Positions 34,710-44,974 of a DNA stretch of 64,000 nt are shown here, in pieces. Under the pieces are notes generated by a model that was not told where the DNA came from, did no database searches, and worked only from the letters and a program-made list of their open reading frames with translations. The translations under genes were made by a program, and so were the position numbers. Numbering within the stretch: position 1 is the stretch's first letter; each line of letters begins with the position of its first letter. Origin of the DNA: a virus. The DNA is taken from IMG/VR virus record IMGVR_UViG_3300045988_092366; one strand, given 5' to 3'.

Positions 34710-35483
34710 TTAGTACCAACCATGAGACTGCCAGTGTGCGGCCGCATTTTCCCAGCTACCATATCTATTTGATACATATTGCTCAGCAACCCTGTCTTGA
34801 TTTTCCTGCGACAAGTCTCCATTCAAATAGGAAATATCAAGCTGATATGCGCCATAGTAGCGTCCATTGGTGGCACTATAGCTGCCGCCACTTTCTTTAG
34901 AAACAATGAAGTCACGCGCTGAACCATTCCAAGAGTAATCAGCATATGAATAACTTGGAGCGCTATATGAACTAGATTGCTGATTCTGGTAGTTTGCCTG
35001 CGCAGCCGCTTTAGCAGCAGCTTCTTGAGCCGCACGTTCTTCTGCTTCTTTCTTCTCTTGGAGTGCTTTCTGTTTCTTATCTGCACCATACTGTTTCCAG
35101 CTATCAAGTCGAGCCTTATATTGCTTTAACTCGGTGATAGTGTCGCAAACAGATTGCTTCTCCATAATATCTTGAATCTCTAAAATATCATTCTGTTCAA
35201 GATAATCTCCGTAATTTTGAATAATATATATGACTTCATCAAACTGTGAGTCTTTCATATTACATTTATCCACTAGCCATGTCTGAGCATTATCGTACCC
35301 ATCTTCCTTATATGGAATCATAGCATCAAGTGTAGTTGTGCGTACTGCCGCATTTGTAATTTCGTAATTAACGATAATTGCATCTGCTTCGTTTACACAA
35401 AAAGCATTTGTCACGCCAGCGAGTGCCACTACGGATAGGCACATAGCCAATGCTTTCGTTTTGTTTTTAATGAATTTCATTCG
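34710..35483 (-). CDS. Secreted protein with C-terminal transglycosylase-like (IsaA/SceD/Rpf-type) domain
   Basis: Signal peptide MKFIKNKTKALAMCLSVVALAGVTNA (RBS AGAAAGAGGAA). C-terminus KESGGSYSATNGRYYGAYQL...SWENAAAHWQSHGWY fits the ESGG..A.N...G.YQ...W pattern. Confidence 0.55.
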   Translation of the reverse strand, partial: RMKFIKNKTKALAMCLSVVALAGVTNAFCVNEADAIIVNYEITNAAVRTTTLDAMIPYKEDGYDNAQTWLVDKCNMKDSQFDEVIYIIQNYGDYLEQNDILEIQDIMEKQSVCDTITELKQYKARLDSWKQYGADKKQKALQEKKEAEERAAQEAAAKAAAQANYQNQQSSSYSAPSYSYADYSWNGSARDFIVSKESGGSYSATNGRYYGAYQLDISYLNGDLSQENQDRVAEQYVSNRYGSWENAAAHWQSHGWY

Positions 35484-35576
35484 GATAATTCCTCTTTCTA
35501 TTCCTATACGACAAGACGATTGCTTAAAAATATATAAAAAATATGGGCAAAAGATTATAACCATTTGCCCAATTAG

Positions 35577-36389
35577 TTAATTTGTAAAACGGATTTGCTT
35601 TTTCTTTAAGACCTCGCCAAGAGACAGAAAATCTTCACACTTATTACAATGATTTGATAGACGCTTGCAGCAACGGCGTTCGCAGTCAATCTTGCTTGCG
35701 GTGAAACTTGGATGGATTGCGTCACAATGAAAGTCCATATCTACATCTTCGTTGATTTCGCTCATTTGACCATGCCAATACTTGTTGATAAACCATGCGC
35801 GATATAGGACATCGAACTTCGCCCAGTCATACGGCAGTCCGCATTCAAATTCAAAAACATCAAAATATGGATTGATAGTATCCATGTCTTTTGGCATGAA
35901 AATTGGAGCCTTTGGATTAATACCACGGTCAAGTGTCATTGACGGCACCTGATTTAAAATTAGACGCATCTGAACATTGTTCTCTTGGCAAATGTCATGT
36001 ACATTCTTTAGATTATAACATAAATCATCGGCAATATATATATCAGATACACCTAGATTGATAAAAGATTCAAGACAAGAATAAGTTGGAACTTTCATAT
36101 CTTGGTTGAAGAAAAACTTATATGAGTTCTCTTTAAGTTCTGCGGCCTTTGTAATATCTGTTGGCGCTACGCGGATATAAATCTTGTCTGACACTTTGTT
36201 AATTGACTTGACTGTAGGCATATGAATACCTTCTGGGAATTCAAGATTGATACGAGTATCCTCATACTCCTGCACAAAGTCAATAAGGTCTTCAATTGAA
36301 TTGCGAGATTTGTAAAAGAGAATATTAAACTCTTTGACTTCATCGTTCAATTCGCCATTCAATTGAAATGGAATTGCCAATTTAATCAT
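35577..36389 (-). CDS. Hypothetical protein (270 aa) with C-terminal Cys cluster
   Basis: ORF in the tiling path. Confidence 0.5.
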   Translation of the reverse strand: MIKLAIPFQLNGELNDEVKEFNILFYKSRNSIEDLIDFVQEYEDTRINLEFPEGIHMPTVKSINKVSDKIYIRVAPTDITKAAELKENSYKFFFNQDMKVPTYSCLESFINLGVSDIYIADDLCYNLKNVHDICQENNVQMRLILNQVPSMTLDRGINPKAPIFMPKDMDTINPYFDVFEFECGLPYDWAKFDVLYRAWFINKYWHGQMSEINEDVDMDFHCDAIHPSFTASKIDCERRCCKRLSNHCNKCEDFLSLGEVLKKKQIRFTN

Positions 36390-36470
36390 ATATCATCCTT
36401 TCATAATAACCTATTTTATATTATATAACAAAAAAGGGCAATTGTCAAGAGACAATCACCCTAAAAATCA

Positions 36471-36686
36471 TTAAAGATATGCGGCCAAACGATTCCACAA
36501 CCATTGCGGCAAATCGGAAGTCTCGACCTCATAAGAATCCAAGAGGTCATAGACAATATCGGCAGAAGCACGCCCATCATATTCAGTTTCAATAGTCTGG
36601 ATTACAGAATCAACCTTCTGCTCCATCTCTTCCTCAGAAGCAAGAAGCATCATGGGGTTGCCCACAGAATTGTCCATATGCAGCAT
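36471..36686 (-). CDS. Acidic small protein (71 aa)
   Basis: ORF in the tiling path. Confidence 0.45.
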   Translation of the reverse strand: MLHMDNSVGNPMMLLASEEEMEQKVDSVIQTIETEYDGRASADIVYDLLDSYEVETSDLPQWLWNRLAAYL

Positions 36687-36688
36687 TA

Positions 36689-36871
36689 TTAGTCCTCCAT
36701 CAAAATGTCGGCAATCTTGAACATGTCTGCGGAAATACGCTCTACGCGCACGCCGTAGATGTTGTGAATCATATCAATTGCACCATCAAGATAATACCCA
36801 GAAATATCATCATGATGCTCAAGATAATAGTTTGCAAGGTGCAGAATAGCGGTGTTGTAAGAAGCCATCAT
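36689..36871 (-). CDS. Small protein (60 aa)
   Basis: Conserved promoter upstream. Confidence 0.45.
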   Translation of the reverse strand: MMASYNTAILHLANYYLEHHDDISGYYLDGAIDMIHNIYGVRVERISADMFKIADILMED

Positions 36872-36932
36872 ATCTTTTCCTCTCTCTTGGCTATATCATA
36901 ATTATAGCATATGATATAGCCAATCGTCAAGA

Positions 36933-37883
36933 TTAATTTTCAAACCAGTTACGCAACTCGATTACCGAAGGGCAAGTTCCTCGACCTTGCTCGCGGCACT
37001 CTTCCACGAACTCAGGAATTGCGTCCATGAGACTGGGTTCAAATGCCAGCTTGTTCTTGATGTTCTTGATAGTCTCAATATCGCGTCCAGTCCAAACCTG
37101 CTGCAAAACTCCACGAGCCTGCTTCCAGTTCTTGTACCAAGGAGTCTTATACTTCACCATAAAACCGTCTGCATCCTCGAAGACAAAGCCCTCGATGCTA
37201 GCACGTGCGGCCCACTTGTCAATGAAGGCTTCAAACTCCTGCCAGTTAGCAATGACTTTGCTAAGAACCTTGCAATAGAATCCAAAATGTCCAGCTACAT
37301 CAATAAGTGTATAGTACCCCGCATGGCTATAGTTGAAATCATTGTACACCAAGTCCAAAAGCACAAGGTGAGGATGTGAATACTCAACGATATGCGGGTC
37401 ATGGATAGGGTCAATGCACTCGAAGACAGCAGTGCAGTCATTCTTGTGCAGATATTCTGCAAATTCCTCCTGCTGTGCAGTGGTCAACGTCTTGTCAAGA
37501 ACGTCACGGATATATCCTGCAAAATCTCCCTCATTCGTGCTCTTGGATGCGATGAACAGCTTACCGTCCTCGGTCGGGTCGGCAGAAATCATCGCAAGAA
37601 ATCCGTTAGACTTGACATATGCGCACACAGGGAACACAAGATTCTCACGCAGGCTAACCATTTCAGTCTCAGGACGCTCTCCAATGTTGAAAAATTTGTT
37701 GTACGAACGTGCAACAACCTTATTGTTAGCACAATCCACGAAAAGCCCTCGACTACGAATCGAAGCAGAATCCCATTCCTTTTTGAAAAAGCACTTGTTG
37801 GAGAAATTAAAAGACGAGATTCCATTTGCAAGATGCTTCTCGCGCACAAGCGAGCTATTACGCAGCATATCGACTTCGTTCAT
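36933..37883 (-). CDS. ATP-dependent ligase-like nucleotidyltransferase (RNA/DNA ligase superfamily, KSNG variant of motif I)
   Basis: Motif I AYVKSNGFLAM; III TAVFECID; IV EGFVFEDADG; V FMVKYKT. 316 aa. Confidence 0.55.
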   Translation of the reverse strand: MNEVDMLRNSSLVREKHLANGISSFNFSNKCFFKKEWDSASIRSRGLFVDCANNKVVARSYNKFFNIGERPETEMVSLRENLVFPVCAYVKSNGFLAMISADPTEDGKLFIASKSTNEGDFAGYIRDVLDKTLTTAQQEEFAEYLHKNDCTAVFECIDPIHDPHIVEYSHPHLVLLDLVYNDFNYSHAGYYTLIDVAGHFGFYCKVLSKVIANWQEFEAFIDKWAARASIEGFVFEDADGFMVKYKTPWYKNWKQARGVLQQVWTGRDIETIKNIKNKLAFEPSLMDAIPEFVEECREQGRGTCPSVIELRNWFEN

Positions 37884-37957
37884 TTATCTTCCTCTCTCTT
37901 GGTTTAATAATATTATACCATATATAAATGTGTGCGGCAAATATTTTTTTCTACAAA

Positions 37958-37990
37958 AAAAAGGGAGAGGAACTAGTCCTCTCCCTTTGT
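37958..37990 (-). terminator. Hairpin gggagaggaactagtcctctccc plus T-run (minus strand)
   Basis: Lies before the promoter of the ligase-like gene. Confidence 0.6.
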
Positions 37991-38146
37991 AGCATTTTCT
38001 TCAAATTCCATGCGCTCTAACTTTTCCTTACGTTTTGCTTTATAAGTATCGTCTTTGCGCTGACGAATTAGCTTTGCTTTGTGGGAAAACTTTTCAAAAG
38101 TATCATCATCGCTATACTCAAGTTCGTCCCAGTCACGAATTTTCAC
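37973..38146 (-). CDS. Small Lys/Glu-rich protein (GTG start, RBS AAAGGA)
   Basis: ORF 37973..38239 trimmed; low confidence. Confidence 0.3.
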   Translation of the reverse strand: MKIRDWDELEYSDDDTFEKFSHKAKLIRQRKDDTYKAKRKEKLERMEFEENATKGED

Positions 38147-38285
38147 AATAAATCCTTTCAAAGAAAAATGCTGTCTAATATATAAAATCTCATTAAGAGA
38201 TATTATATGTGGACTCCCCGGCGAGACTCCAACTCGCATGATTAAGTTTAGAAGACTTGGCTCTGTGCTATTGAGTTACGGGGAG

Positions 38286-39035
38286 TTATAATTTTTCCCA
38301 TTCTTCATCAGAATAAGAAAATATATCAGTCTTTTTTCTTGGCAAATTATAAACATCGCACCATTTTCGGATTGCATTGTCACTTACCTGATATTCAGCA
38401 CCAATTGATAAAAAAGACTGAGTCCTAATTTTTGATTTTAATTCATCACGAGTAATATGTAATTTTGCACTAGTACCATAGCTATCTTTCTTTTCTTTAA
38501 TTGAACATTGTTTGCATAAAATTGCTCCGTATGATACGGTTTGTCCACAATTAGCACATCGTGGCGCAGACAATTCTTTTTCTTTTTGTTCTTCATTTAC
38601 CATTCGAATAATAGATTTTGTATTTAAAATTTTATCAAACGTATAATCACTTTCATAATTAACATTTTCAAAATTGCCGTTTGAAGTTTCATTAAACCTT
38701 ATTGTTATTGAATGTACATCACAGAAAGGTACTAAAATAGGATGCGGCCTTTGAAGACAGTATATTGCAAAATAATCTACATCATCTTCATTATAAAAAG
38801 TTGTCACGGTAGAATCAGCTCTTAGAGATGTATTCTTTAATTTAACTTGATAAACGCCATTACCGCTATATTTGCTAGTAGTTTTTACTTGTATTTTGTT
38901 AAGTTTATTATTGAACTTAGCAATCATATCAATTTTGGTATTTTCTCCGTATGGAAGAAATACTTCAATTCCATATTTTAAAAATTCTGTCAGTACAACT
39001 GCTTCTCCAATATCACCAATATTTTTACCATTCAT
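38286..39035 (-). CDS. PD-(D/E)XK (Hjc-like) nuclease plus Zn ribbon plus C-terminal HTH: free-standing homing-endonuclease-like
   Basis: N-terminus GDIGEAVVLTEFLKYGIEVFLPYGENTKIDMIAKFNNKLNKIQVKTTS is paralogous to 31064..31483; then CANCGQTVSYGAILCKQC. Confidence 0.55.
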   Translation of the reverse strand: MNGKNIGDIGEAVVLTEFLKYGIEVFLPYGENTKIDMIAKFNNKLNKIQVKTTSKYSGNGVYQVKLKNTSLRADSTVTTFYNEDDVDYFAIYCLQRPHPILVPFCDVHSITIRFNETSNGNFENVNYESDYTFDKILNTKSIIRMVNEEQKEKELSAPRCANCGQTVSYGAILCKQCSIKEKKDSYGTSAKLHITRDELKSKIRTQSFLSIGAEYQVSDNAIRKWCDVYNLPRKKTDIFSYSDEEWEKL

Positions 39036-39116
39036 ATTAAATCCTTTCGAACTTTAAAAATGCTTATACTATATATAAAGTATAAAGTTCGAATTATACA
39101 ATTTTGTCCAAGATAT

Positions 39117-39407
39117 TTAATAAGTGATGATATAGACCTTGCGGCTAGTGTCGTGATAAATCTGCGTCACTTCTGCTAAAATGTTGTGCAGTACAGCATC
39201 GCCAACAATCTTCTTAGCTTCATCATCGCCATATGCGAGAATAAAATGCGGAACAATTGCATCGTATGTATCACGAACAGGAACGCGCTTGCCATTAACG
39301 AAATCTACAAGGGTAGTATACTGTTCACACCATACAAATACAAAATTCGGATTGAGCTTTGTAATGTATGAATTCATTTCCTTGTCAGGAATAATAATAC
39401 AATTCAT
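39117..39407 (-). CDS. Hypothetical protein (96 aa)
   Basis: ORF in the tiling path. Confidence 0.45.
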   Translation of the reverse strand: MNCIIIPDKEMNSYITKLNPNFVFVWCEQYTTLVDFVNGKRVPVRDTYDAIVPHFILAYGDDEAKKIVGDAVLHNILAEVTQIYHDTSRKVYIITY

Positions 39408-39496
39408 TACTTAAATCGCTTTCCATAGTAATATGCGTATACAGAAAAAAGAAAAATAGAAACAATTCCTATAATTACAATCAACATGTTATCACC

Positions 39497-39940
39497 TTAG
39501 TAAAGTTCTTGAAAAGCCAAACCATTATCATCTGTGTAATAGATATGGCGAATTCCTTTGTCTCGCAAAGCGTTAAGACATGCGGCGCAAGGAAAACTTC
39601 TGCCCATAAGAAGTGGCTTGCCGGGCGAGATACGATAAATATAAATGTTTGCCTTGCTATAATTGATATTTATATCAATACACTTTGGAATATTTAGCAA
39701 ACAATCCATTTCAGCGTGCAAATAATCATGAATAGGCTTTCCATTATACCTAAAAGTCCTATATTTACGATTATACTTTTTCTGCAAAGGATTGGTCTTG
39801 CGACTATTATGACCAGTAGCAAGAACACGTCCCTTGTATGAGATTACCGCCCCGAGTTTGAAAGGTTCATATGTAGATTCCAGTGCCGCCTTTCGCGCCA
39901 AATCAAACATCTTCATATCATGCTTACTAAACTCAGCCAT
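39497..39940 (-). CDS. dCMP/cytidine deaminase family protein
   Basis: HAEMDCL (H-A-E) and PCAACLNAL (PCxxC) zinc-binding motifs. Confidence 0.75.
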   Translation of the reverse strand: MAEFSKHDMKMFDLARKAALESTYEPFKLGAVISYKGRVLATGHNSRKTNPLQKKYNRKYRTFRYNGKPIHDYLHAEMDCLLNIPKCIDININYSKANIYIYRISPGKPLLMGRSFPCAACLNALRDKGIRHIYYTDDNGLAFQELY

Positions 39941-40005
39941 TTATTAAATCCTTTCACATCTTATATTATATATAATATCATAAGATGTATCCAGTGTCAA
40001 GAATT

Positions 40006-40218
40006 TTATTTCACCAAAGTAAAATTAGGATGATAGCCAATCGACTTGCCGCATAGTGTAAGCAAGTTTACACAATTTGAGATAATACGTTCATACTCTT
40101 TAGTGCTATTGGCATTCTCCAATAGAGAAATAGAAGCGGCCATAGAAGTTTTTGCAAACTCTACAGGGCTTAACTCAATATAGATTTTTGCTTCTGGTGA
40201 TAAATCGTTCCAATTCAT
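40006..40218 (-). CDS. Small protein (70 aa)
   Basis: ORF in the tiling path. Confidence 0.45.
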   Translation of the reverse strand: MNWNDLSPEAKIYIELSPVEFAKTSMAASISLLENANSTKEYERIISNCVNLLTLCGKSIGYHPNFTLVK

Positions 40219-40279
40219 ATGACCGCATCCTTTCTTAAACTAAATATATTATAGAATAAAATAATTCAAAAGTCAATAA

Positions 40280-41254
40280 TTATTTTTCATCGTATGCGGC
40301 AAAAGCATTTAGCATTTTAGTGATAAGAGCGTGCCTTACAACATCTGCTTCTGTCATGCGGACAACGCCGATACCAGATACATCTTTCAGACTATTGGCA
40401 AGATATTCAAGACCGCTTTCGCCTTTGGAATCTTGCTGAACCAAGTCGCCGCACAAGACAATCTTAGAATCTTCTCCTAAACGTGTGACTGCAAGTTTTC
40501 CTAGAATCGTATTCATATTCTCTGCTTCATCCACGAGAAGGAAAGTCTTATATAGAGAACATCCGCGCATATATCCTAGCGGTAACATCTTAATTTTACC
40601 CTTTTCGATATATGAATCAAGTTTCTCACGCCCGAGAACTCGTTCAAATACATCCATCATAGGAAGTGCATATAGTGAAAACTTTTCATCGGCAGTGCCG
40701 GGAAGTGCGCCTAAATCTGCTTCACCTTTTGCTGAAACCATTGGACGAGAGATAACGATAGTATCTACGTTCTTATTGATAAGCTGAGACAGAGCATAGC
40801 ATACTGCTGTATAGGTCTTGCTTGCACCAGGAGGAGCAATACAAATAGTAATAGCATTGTGCCGCATACTATTTAGATATTCAAGTTGACCTTCTGTGCG
40901 GACCTTGATTTCTTTCTTACCATATTTCAAAATCGTGGTAGAAGAATCAGAATTGTCAAAGATGCCGCCATCCGCACTTTGCCTTGCAAGAAGCTGTACT
41001 TCATCTGTACTGATTTCGTCTTTTGAGCAAGCAATTTCAATCAGCTTTTCAAATACCTCTTGAGCTTGATGTACAGATTTCTCCTTGCCAAAAATTACGA
41101 TATTATTCTCTTCCTTAGAGCGTCCAAGATTAACACGTAGAGAGTCATCAATTTGCTCTTTAATGGCCTTCACATACCTATCTGATGGGCCTAGCACATT
41201 GACGGCATCAATACCACGAGGAATAGACACGTTAACTTGGATACTGTTGTTCAA
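40280..41254 (-). CDS. phoH: PhoH-like ATPase
   Basis: P-loop APPGASKTYTAV; LVDEAENM and CGDLVQQD motifs; N-terminal KH-like region. Confidence 0.75.
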   Translation of the reverse strand: MNNSIQVNVSIPRGIDAVNVLGPSDRYVKAIKEQIDDSLRVNLGRSKEENNIVIFGKEKSVHQAQEVFEKLIEIACSKDEISTDEVQLLARQSADGGIFDNSDSSTTILKYGKKEIKVRTEGQLEYLNSMRHNAITICIAPPGASKTYTAVCYALSQLINKNVDTIVISRPMVSAKGEADLGALPGTADEKFSLYALPMMDVFERVLGREKLDSYIEKGKIKMLPLGYMRGCSLYKTFLLVDEAENMNTILGKLAVTRLGEDSKIVLCGDLVQQDSKGESGLEYLANSLKDVSGIGVVRMTEADVVRHALITKMLNAFAAYDEK

Positions 41255-41267
41255 TAGAATCCCGCCT

Positions 41268-41861
41268 TTAATCTAATACTAGCTCCGTATTCTTCTTATA
41301 TCGCTCATAGTCCTCTTGCGGCACATCGAATACAGTAAAGATACCTGTCTTAATATACACGCCACCCATATTACCGTCACGCTTAATGCGACCGAGCATG
41401 TCTTTCCATCCGTCCTCAATCACTTCAACGCGTTGTTTGTCTGGCGCTACGACATATGCAGCAGAATATTTGCGACCTTCTTCTTTGCTTACTTCACCGC
41501 TAAGATAAAGATACTGTGGAGTTTTACTAATATCTTCCTCATATGAACGATATATAGAAACCATGTTATCCATGAGGTTTCCTAAAACATAGATTTGAAG
41601 GATAGGACGCACATGCTTGTAATCACAAATGACAGTATTGAGCCAATCGTTTAAGGACATGTCCTCGCATTTAAACTCTGCGCCAAAATCGTCCATCAAC
41701 ATAACTTCAAAGTCAAGTTCTTCTTCATCATCTTCGATGTTAAAGTCAATCGCTTCGGAGATATAATATTCAATTTCATCATATGAAATAAGATTATCAA
41801 ATTGTCCATATAAAGTATATGGAATATCATTTACAATAGTTTGAATCTTGCAATAACGCAT
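41268..41861 (-). CDS. Hypothetical protein (197 aa)
   Basis: ORF abutting the SPOUT gene. Confidence 0.5.
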   Translation of the reverse strand: MRYCKIQTIVNDIPYTLYGQFDNLISYDEIEYYISEAIDFNIEDDEEELDFEVMLMDDFGAEFKCEDMSLNDWLNTVICDYKHVRPILQIYVLGNLMDNMVSIYRSYEEDISKTPQYLYLSGEVSKEEGRKYSAAYVVAPDKQRVEVIEDGWKDMLGRIKRDGNMGGVYIKTGIFTVFDVPQEDYERYKKNTELVLD

Positions 41862-41862
41862 A

Positions 41863-42435
41863 TTAACCTTTCATCCTATAGCGTCGAGAGTATTCCATCA
41901 TGCAACATGCTGCGCTTTGCGCAACATTCAATGAGCGGCAAGAGCCATATTGACGAATATAAATCATTTCATCACACTTGTCAATGATTTCTTTTGGCAG
42001 TCCATCACATTCATTTCCATATACAAATGCAGACTTCATTGGAATATCAGCATCATAAATATTCTGCGGATTATACTCTGGAATATTATCTACAGCAAAA
42101 ATAGTATATCCAAGAGGATGAAGAATCTCAAGAACTTCATCGAAATCATCAGCATGATATACAGTTTCATATCTATGAGTGCTAATTGAACCACGCCTAT
42201 CCCATTTCTTGCGGCCAACGATATAGACTTCTTTTCCAAGAAACGCATTATTCGCGCGAATACCACTTGCGATATTGATATTATAGTTGACATTCATGAA
42301 GATGGAGACAATCGGAAGTCGATTCTTCTGCAAATCTGCTTTAATCTCTTCGTCAGTCCACTGCTTGTATGCGTCAATCACATTACGCTTTGCTGTCTCA
42401 CAGAATTCAGTGCTGCAACCATATTGAGTAATCAT
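41863..42435 (-). CDS. SPOUT (TrmH/SpoU-like) RNA 2'-O-methyltransferase
   Basis: Motif 2-like FVYGNECDGL and motif 3-like RSLNVAQSAACCMMEY. Confidence 0.6.
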   Translation of the reverse strand: MITQYGCSTEFCETAKRNVIDAYKQWTDEEIKADLQKNRLPIVSIFMNVNYNINIASGIRANNAFLGKEVYIVGRKKWDRRGSISTHRYETVYHADDFDEVLEILHPLGYTIFAVDNIPEYNPQNIYDADIPMKSAFVYGNECDGLPKEIIDKCDEMIYIRQYGSCRSLNVAQSAACCMMEYSRRYRMKG

Positions 42436-42443
42436 AATATCCT

Positions 42444-42680
42444 TTACATATTAATTAGAATAGTAAGCATTAAATATCCATAGTTCTTATCAACTTTAAT
42501 ATTGAAAGTAACAACATCTGCCTTTAAAATCGCGTCATGTTGTTCCTTTATCCATTCATTAAACGGAACAGAAGAAGTGCTCATTTCAGGAATGTTATAC
42601 ATCGCAAATGAAATATATAAGTTATTTCGCATATCATCATCAATAGCATCTAACAGACAATAAACATTCATATTTACCAC
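42444..42680 (-). CDS. Small protein (78 aa)
   Basis: ORF in the tiling path. Confidence 0.45.
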   Translation of the reverse strand: MVNMNVYCLLDAIDDDMRNNLYISFAMYNIPEMSTSSVPFNEWIKEQHDAILKADVVTFNIKVDKNYGYLMLTILINM

Positions 42681-42955
42681 TCAATCAATGAAAGCTGGTC
42701 AGTAAGGCGCTGGGACAGTTCATCATCTTCAATATAGAAAATATCTTCCTTGTCATTTACAAGATAATTAGAGATAATCTGCCCAAAACGCTGGTCAGGG
42801 TACTGCTCCCAAAGGTCTTGAAACTTTACAAGAATATCATAGATTCTATTTACATCACGCATAATTGTTCCTTTCAAATATAAAGTCAAGAGACTCCTAC
42901 TGGTAATGCTCCAGTTTAAACGCCTTTGCAGGGCGCTGCATAACTTTTCTGCCAA
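42674..42955 (-). CDS. Hypothetical protein (93 aa)
   Basis: ORF in the tiling path. Confidence 0.45.
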   Translation of the reverse strand: MAEKLCSALQRRLNWSITSRSLLTLYLKGTIMRDVNRIYDILVKFQDLWEQYPDQRFGQIISNYLVNDKEDIFYIEDDELSQRLTDQLSLIEW

Positions 42956-43204
42956 GGAGTCTCTTGACTTTATATTTGTATTATATTATATATAAAGTCA
43001 AAAGTCAATTAAAACATTTCAAGAAATGCCTTATAGATTTCAAAACGAAACTTTTCAAAACGTGCGGCAAATGCAATATACGAATAGCCGCACATAAAAA
43101 GTACATATAGTACAAATAGACAATCTGCCATTACTACTCCCTAGAATTAAACATGAGACATGCTACAGTGTAGCCAAAAAAGAAACCAATAGCAAAACAA
43201 ATCA

Positions 43205-43393
43205 TTACTTAATCTTGACCTTCCAAATATCATCGTATGTGTATGGAACGTTGTCAAGATTTTTCTGCTGCGGACTTGCTTTAGCACGAATCTTTCGAGT
43301 CTCTAAGGCTATATGCTCCATATAGCATTTCCCAGCAATTGCCGCAATCACAAGAACAGTGATGCAGATAATTGTAATAGCATCAATTCCCAT
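43205..43393 (-). CDS. Small single-TM membrane protein (62 aa)
   Basis: TM segment AITIICITVLVIAAIAG; conserved promoter upstream. Confidence 0.5.
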   Translation of the reverse strand: MGIDAITIICITVLVIAAIAGKCYMEHIALETRKIRAKASPQQKNLDNVPYTYDDIWKVKIK

Positions 43394-43479
43394 TATTCTT
43401 CCTTCTCTTGGATTTCATTTAAGTCTATTATATAGCAAAAAAGTCCCAAAGTCAATAGAAACTTTGGGACTAATTTATA

Positions 43480-44412
43480 TTATTTTGTATTGACTACTGG
43501 TGTTGACCCTTGCGGCACAACTACAGTATTACCATTCTTTGACATTTCCTTTAAAGCATCAATGTACTCTTGGGTTAGAACATTATCAGTTAGAGACTCG
43601 TTGAGAACACGGTTTGCTTCTGCTTCTTTCGTAGCTTCGATAACCTTAGTCTCACCCTTAATCTTTGCAGTTTCCTGCTGGTTTTGAGCCTTGGCTTTCT
43701 CTACTTCTGCGGCCTGAGAATCAGCATACGCGTCAGTAATAGACTTAGCATAAGAAATATCCTGAACGCTTACCTGCTCAACAGTAAGACCAATCTTAGA
43801 CCACTTCTTTTCAAGAGCCTTTTGGACAGCCTTGGTATACTGAGCGCGGTCAGTTAGCATTGTAATGGTATCGAATTGACCAGAAACTTCACGTGCTACA
43901 GAACGGAGGTCATTAGCTGCATAATTCTTGGTGAAGTTCTCTTGGGTGCCGTATTCAGTGTAAAGATACTCAGCTGTCTTCGGGTCAAGGCTATAGTTAA
44001 TCTGAATATCAACATTAGCAGAAGAACCTGACTTATCATTTACAGTTACGCAAGGACCCTCAGCAGAACCACCATCATAAGAGTATTCTGTATCTTTACC
44101 GTAAAAGTTGATTAAGTTATTGCGCGTATCAAACGTAATCACATCATTCCAAGGTGCGGTAAAGTGAAAGCCTGCATCTGTAGTAGACCCAGCTAGATTG
44201 CCGCCAAGAGAACGAAGAACAACTACTTCACCTACGTCTTGTGAGTAGACACAGCCAAGGCCAATAGCAATTAGACCAAGCACGATAACTACCGCTCGTA
44301 GCCCTAGTGGAACACGCTCTTCATGTTTATCTTCTTTGAAGAAAGATAGACATACGGCAATTCCTACAACCGTAATGATTACACCAATAATAAAAATAAG
44401 AATTTTAAACAT
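43480..44412 (-). CDS. SPFH/band-7 (stomatin/prohibitin-like) membrane protein
   Basis: Two N-terminal TM segments, then QDVGEVVVLRSLGG...GFHFTAPWNDVITFDTR and a C-terminal coiled-coil. Confidence 0.65.
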   Translation of the reverse strand: MFKILIFIIGVIITVVGIAVCLSFFKEDKHEERVPLGLRAVVIVLGLIAIGLGCVYSQDVGEVVVLRSLGGNLAGSTTDAGFHFTAPWNDVITFDTRNNLINFYGKDTEYSYDGGSAEGPCVTVNDKSGSSANVDIQINYSLDPKTAEYLYTEYGTQENFTKNYAANDLRSVAREVSGQFDTITMLTDRAQYTKAVQKALEKKWSKIGLTVEQVSVQDISYAKSITDAYADSQAAEVEKAKAQNQQETAKIKGETKVIEATKEAEANRVLNESLTDNVLTQEYIDALKEMSKNGNTVVVPQGSTPVVNTK

Positions 44413-44455
44413 TATAACCTTTCATCATAGTTGACTTTAATATTCAATTGTAAGA

Positions 44456-44968
44456 CTAGATTGCTTTTAATTGGTCAATGATTGGCAAGATTTGCATATT
44501 GCTTGTGCCGATAGCGTAGTTTTGCTGCTCTGAAATAAATACAATCTTGTCAAACGGTTCATTGTCTTGTGGCGAAACTTTGCATCTATACATTTCTGCA
44601 ATTTCCTTTTCACTTAGACGATGATATTTATCACGATTCTTATTGCGCGCAACTGCTACATTTTGTGGAGTTTCAACCCAAACGCAAATAACTTCGCAGC
44701 CATTGTAATTTACATTGTTGAAAAACTTATCGCGCTCAACGCGATTGATATTGCGGTCATTCGCCACAACGTAACGATGTGATTTTAAGGCAATGTTAAC
44801 TGCGTTATAAAAGCGCTTGTCAACTGTGTCGGCTTCTTCTGAATTATACATGCGGCAATTATCTCTCTTGATTGCCATACAGTCTTCATGTGAATCTTGA
44901 ATTGCCTTTGCAAATACAGACTTACCGCTCTGCGTTACACCGCACATTAGAATTAGCGTATGCTTCAT
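44456..44968 (-). CDS. P-loop kinase (polynucleotide-kinase/dNMP-kinase-like)
   Basis: MKHTLILMCGVTQSGKSVFA is a Walker A motif. Confidence 0.55.
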   Translation of the reverse strand: MKHTLILMCGVTQSGKSVFAKAIQDSHEDCMAIKRDNCRMYNSEEADTVDKRFYNAVNIALKSHRYVVANDRNINRVERDKFFNNVNYNGCEVICVWVETPQNVAVARNKNRDKYHRLSEKEIAEMYRCKVSPQDNEPFDKIVFISEQQNYAIGTSNMQILPIIDQLKAI

Positions 44969-44974
44969 TTTTGC

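Noticed and set aside
37392-37992. Plus-strand ORFs 37392..37907 and 37414..37992
   Set aside because: They are antisense to the well-supported ligase-like gene 36933..37883 and have no RBS.
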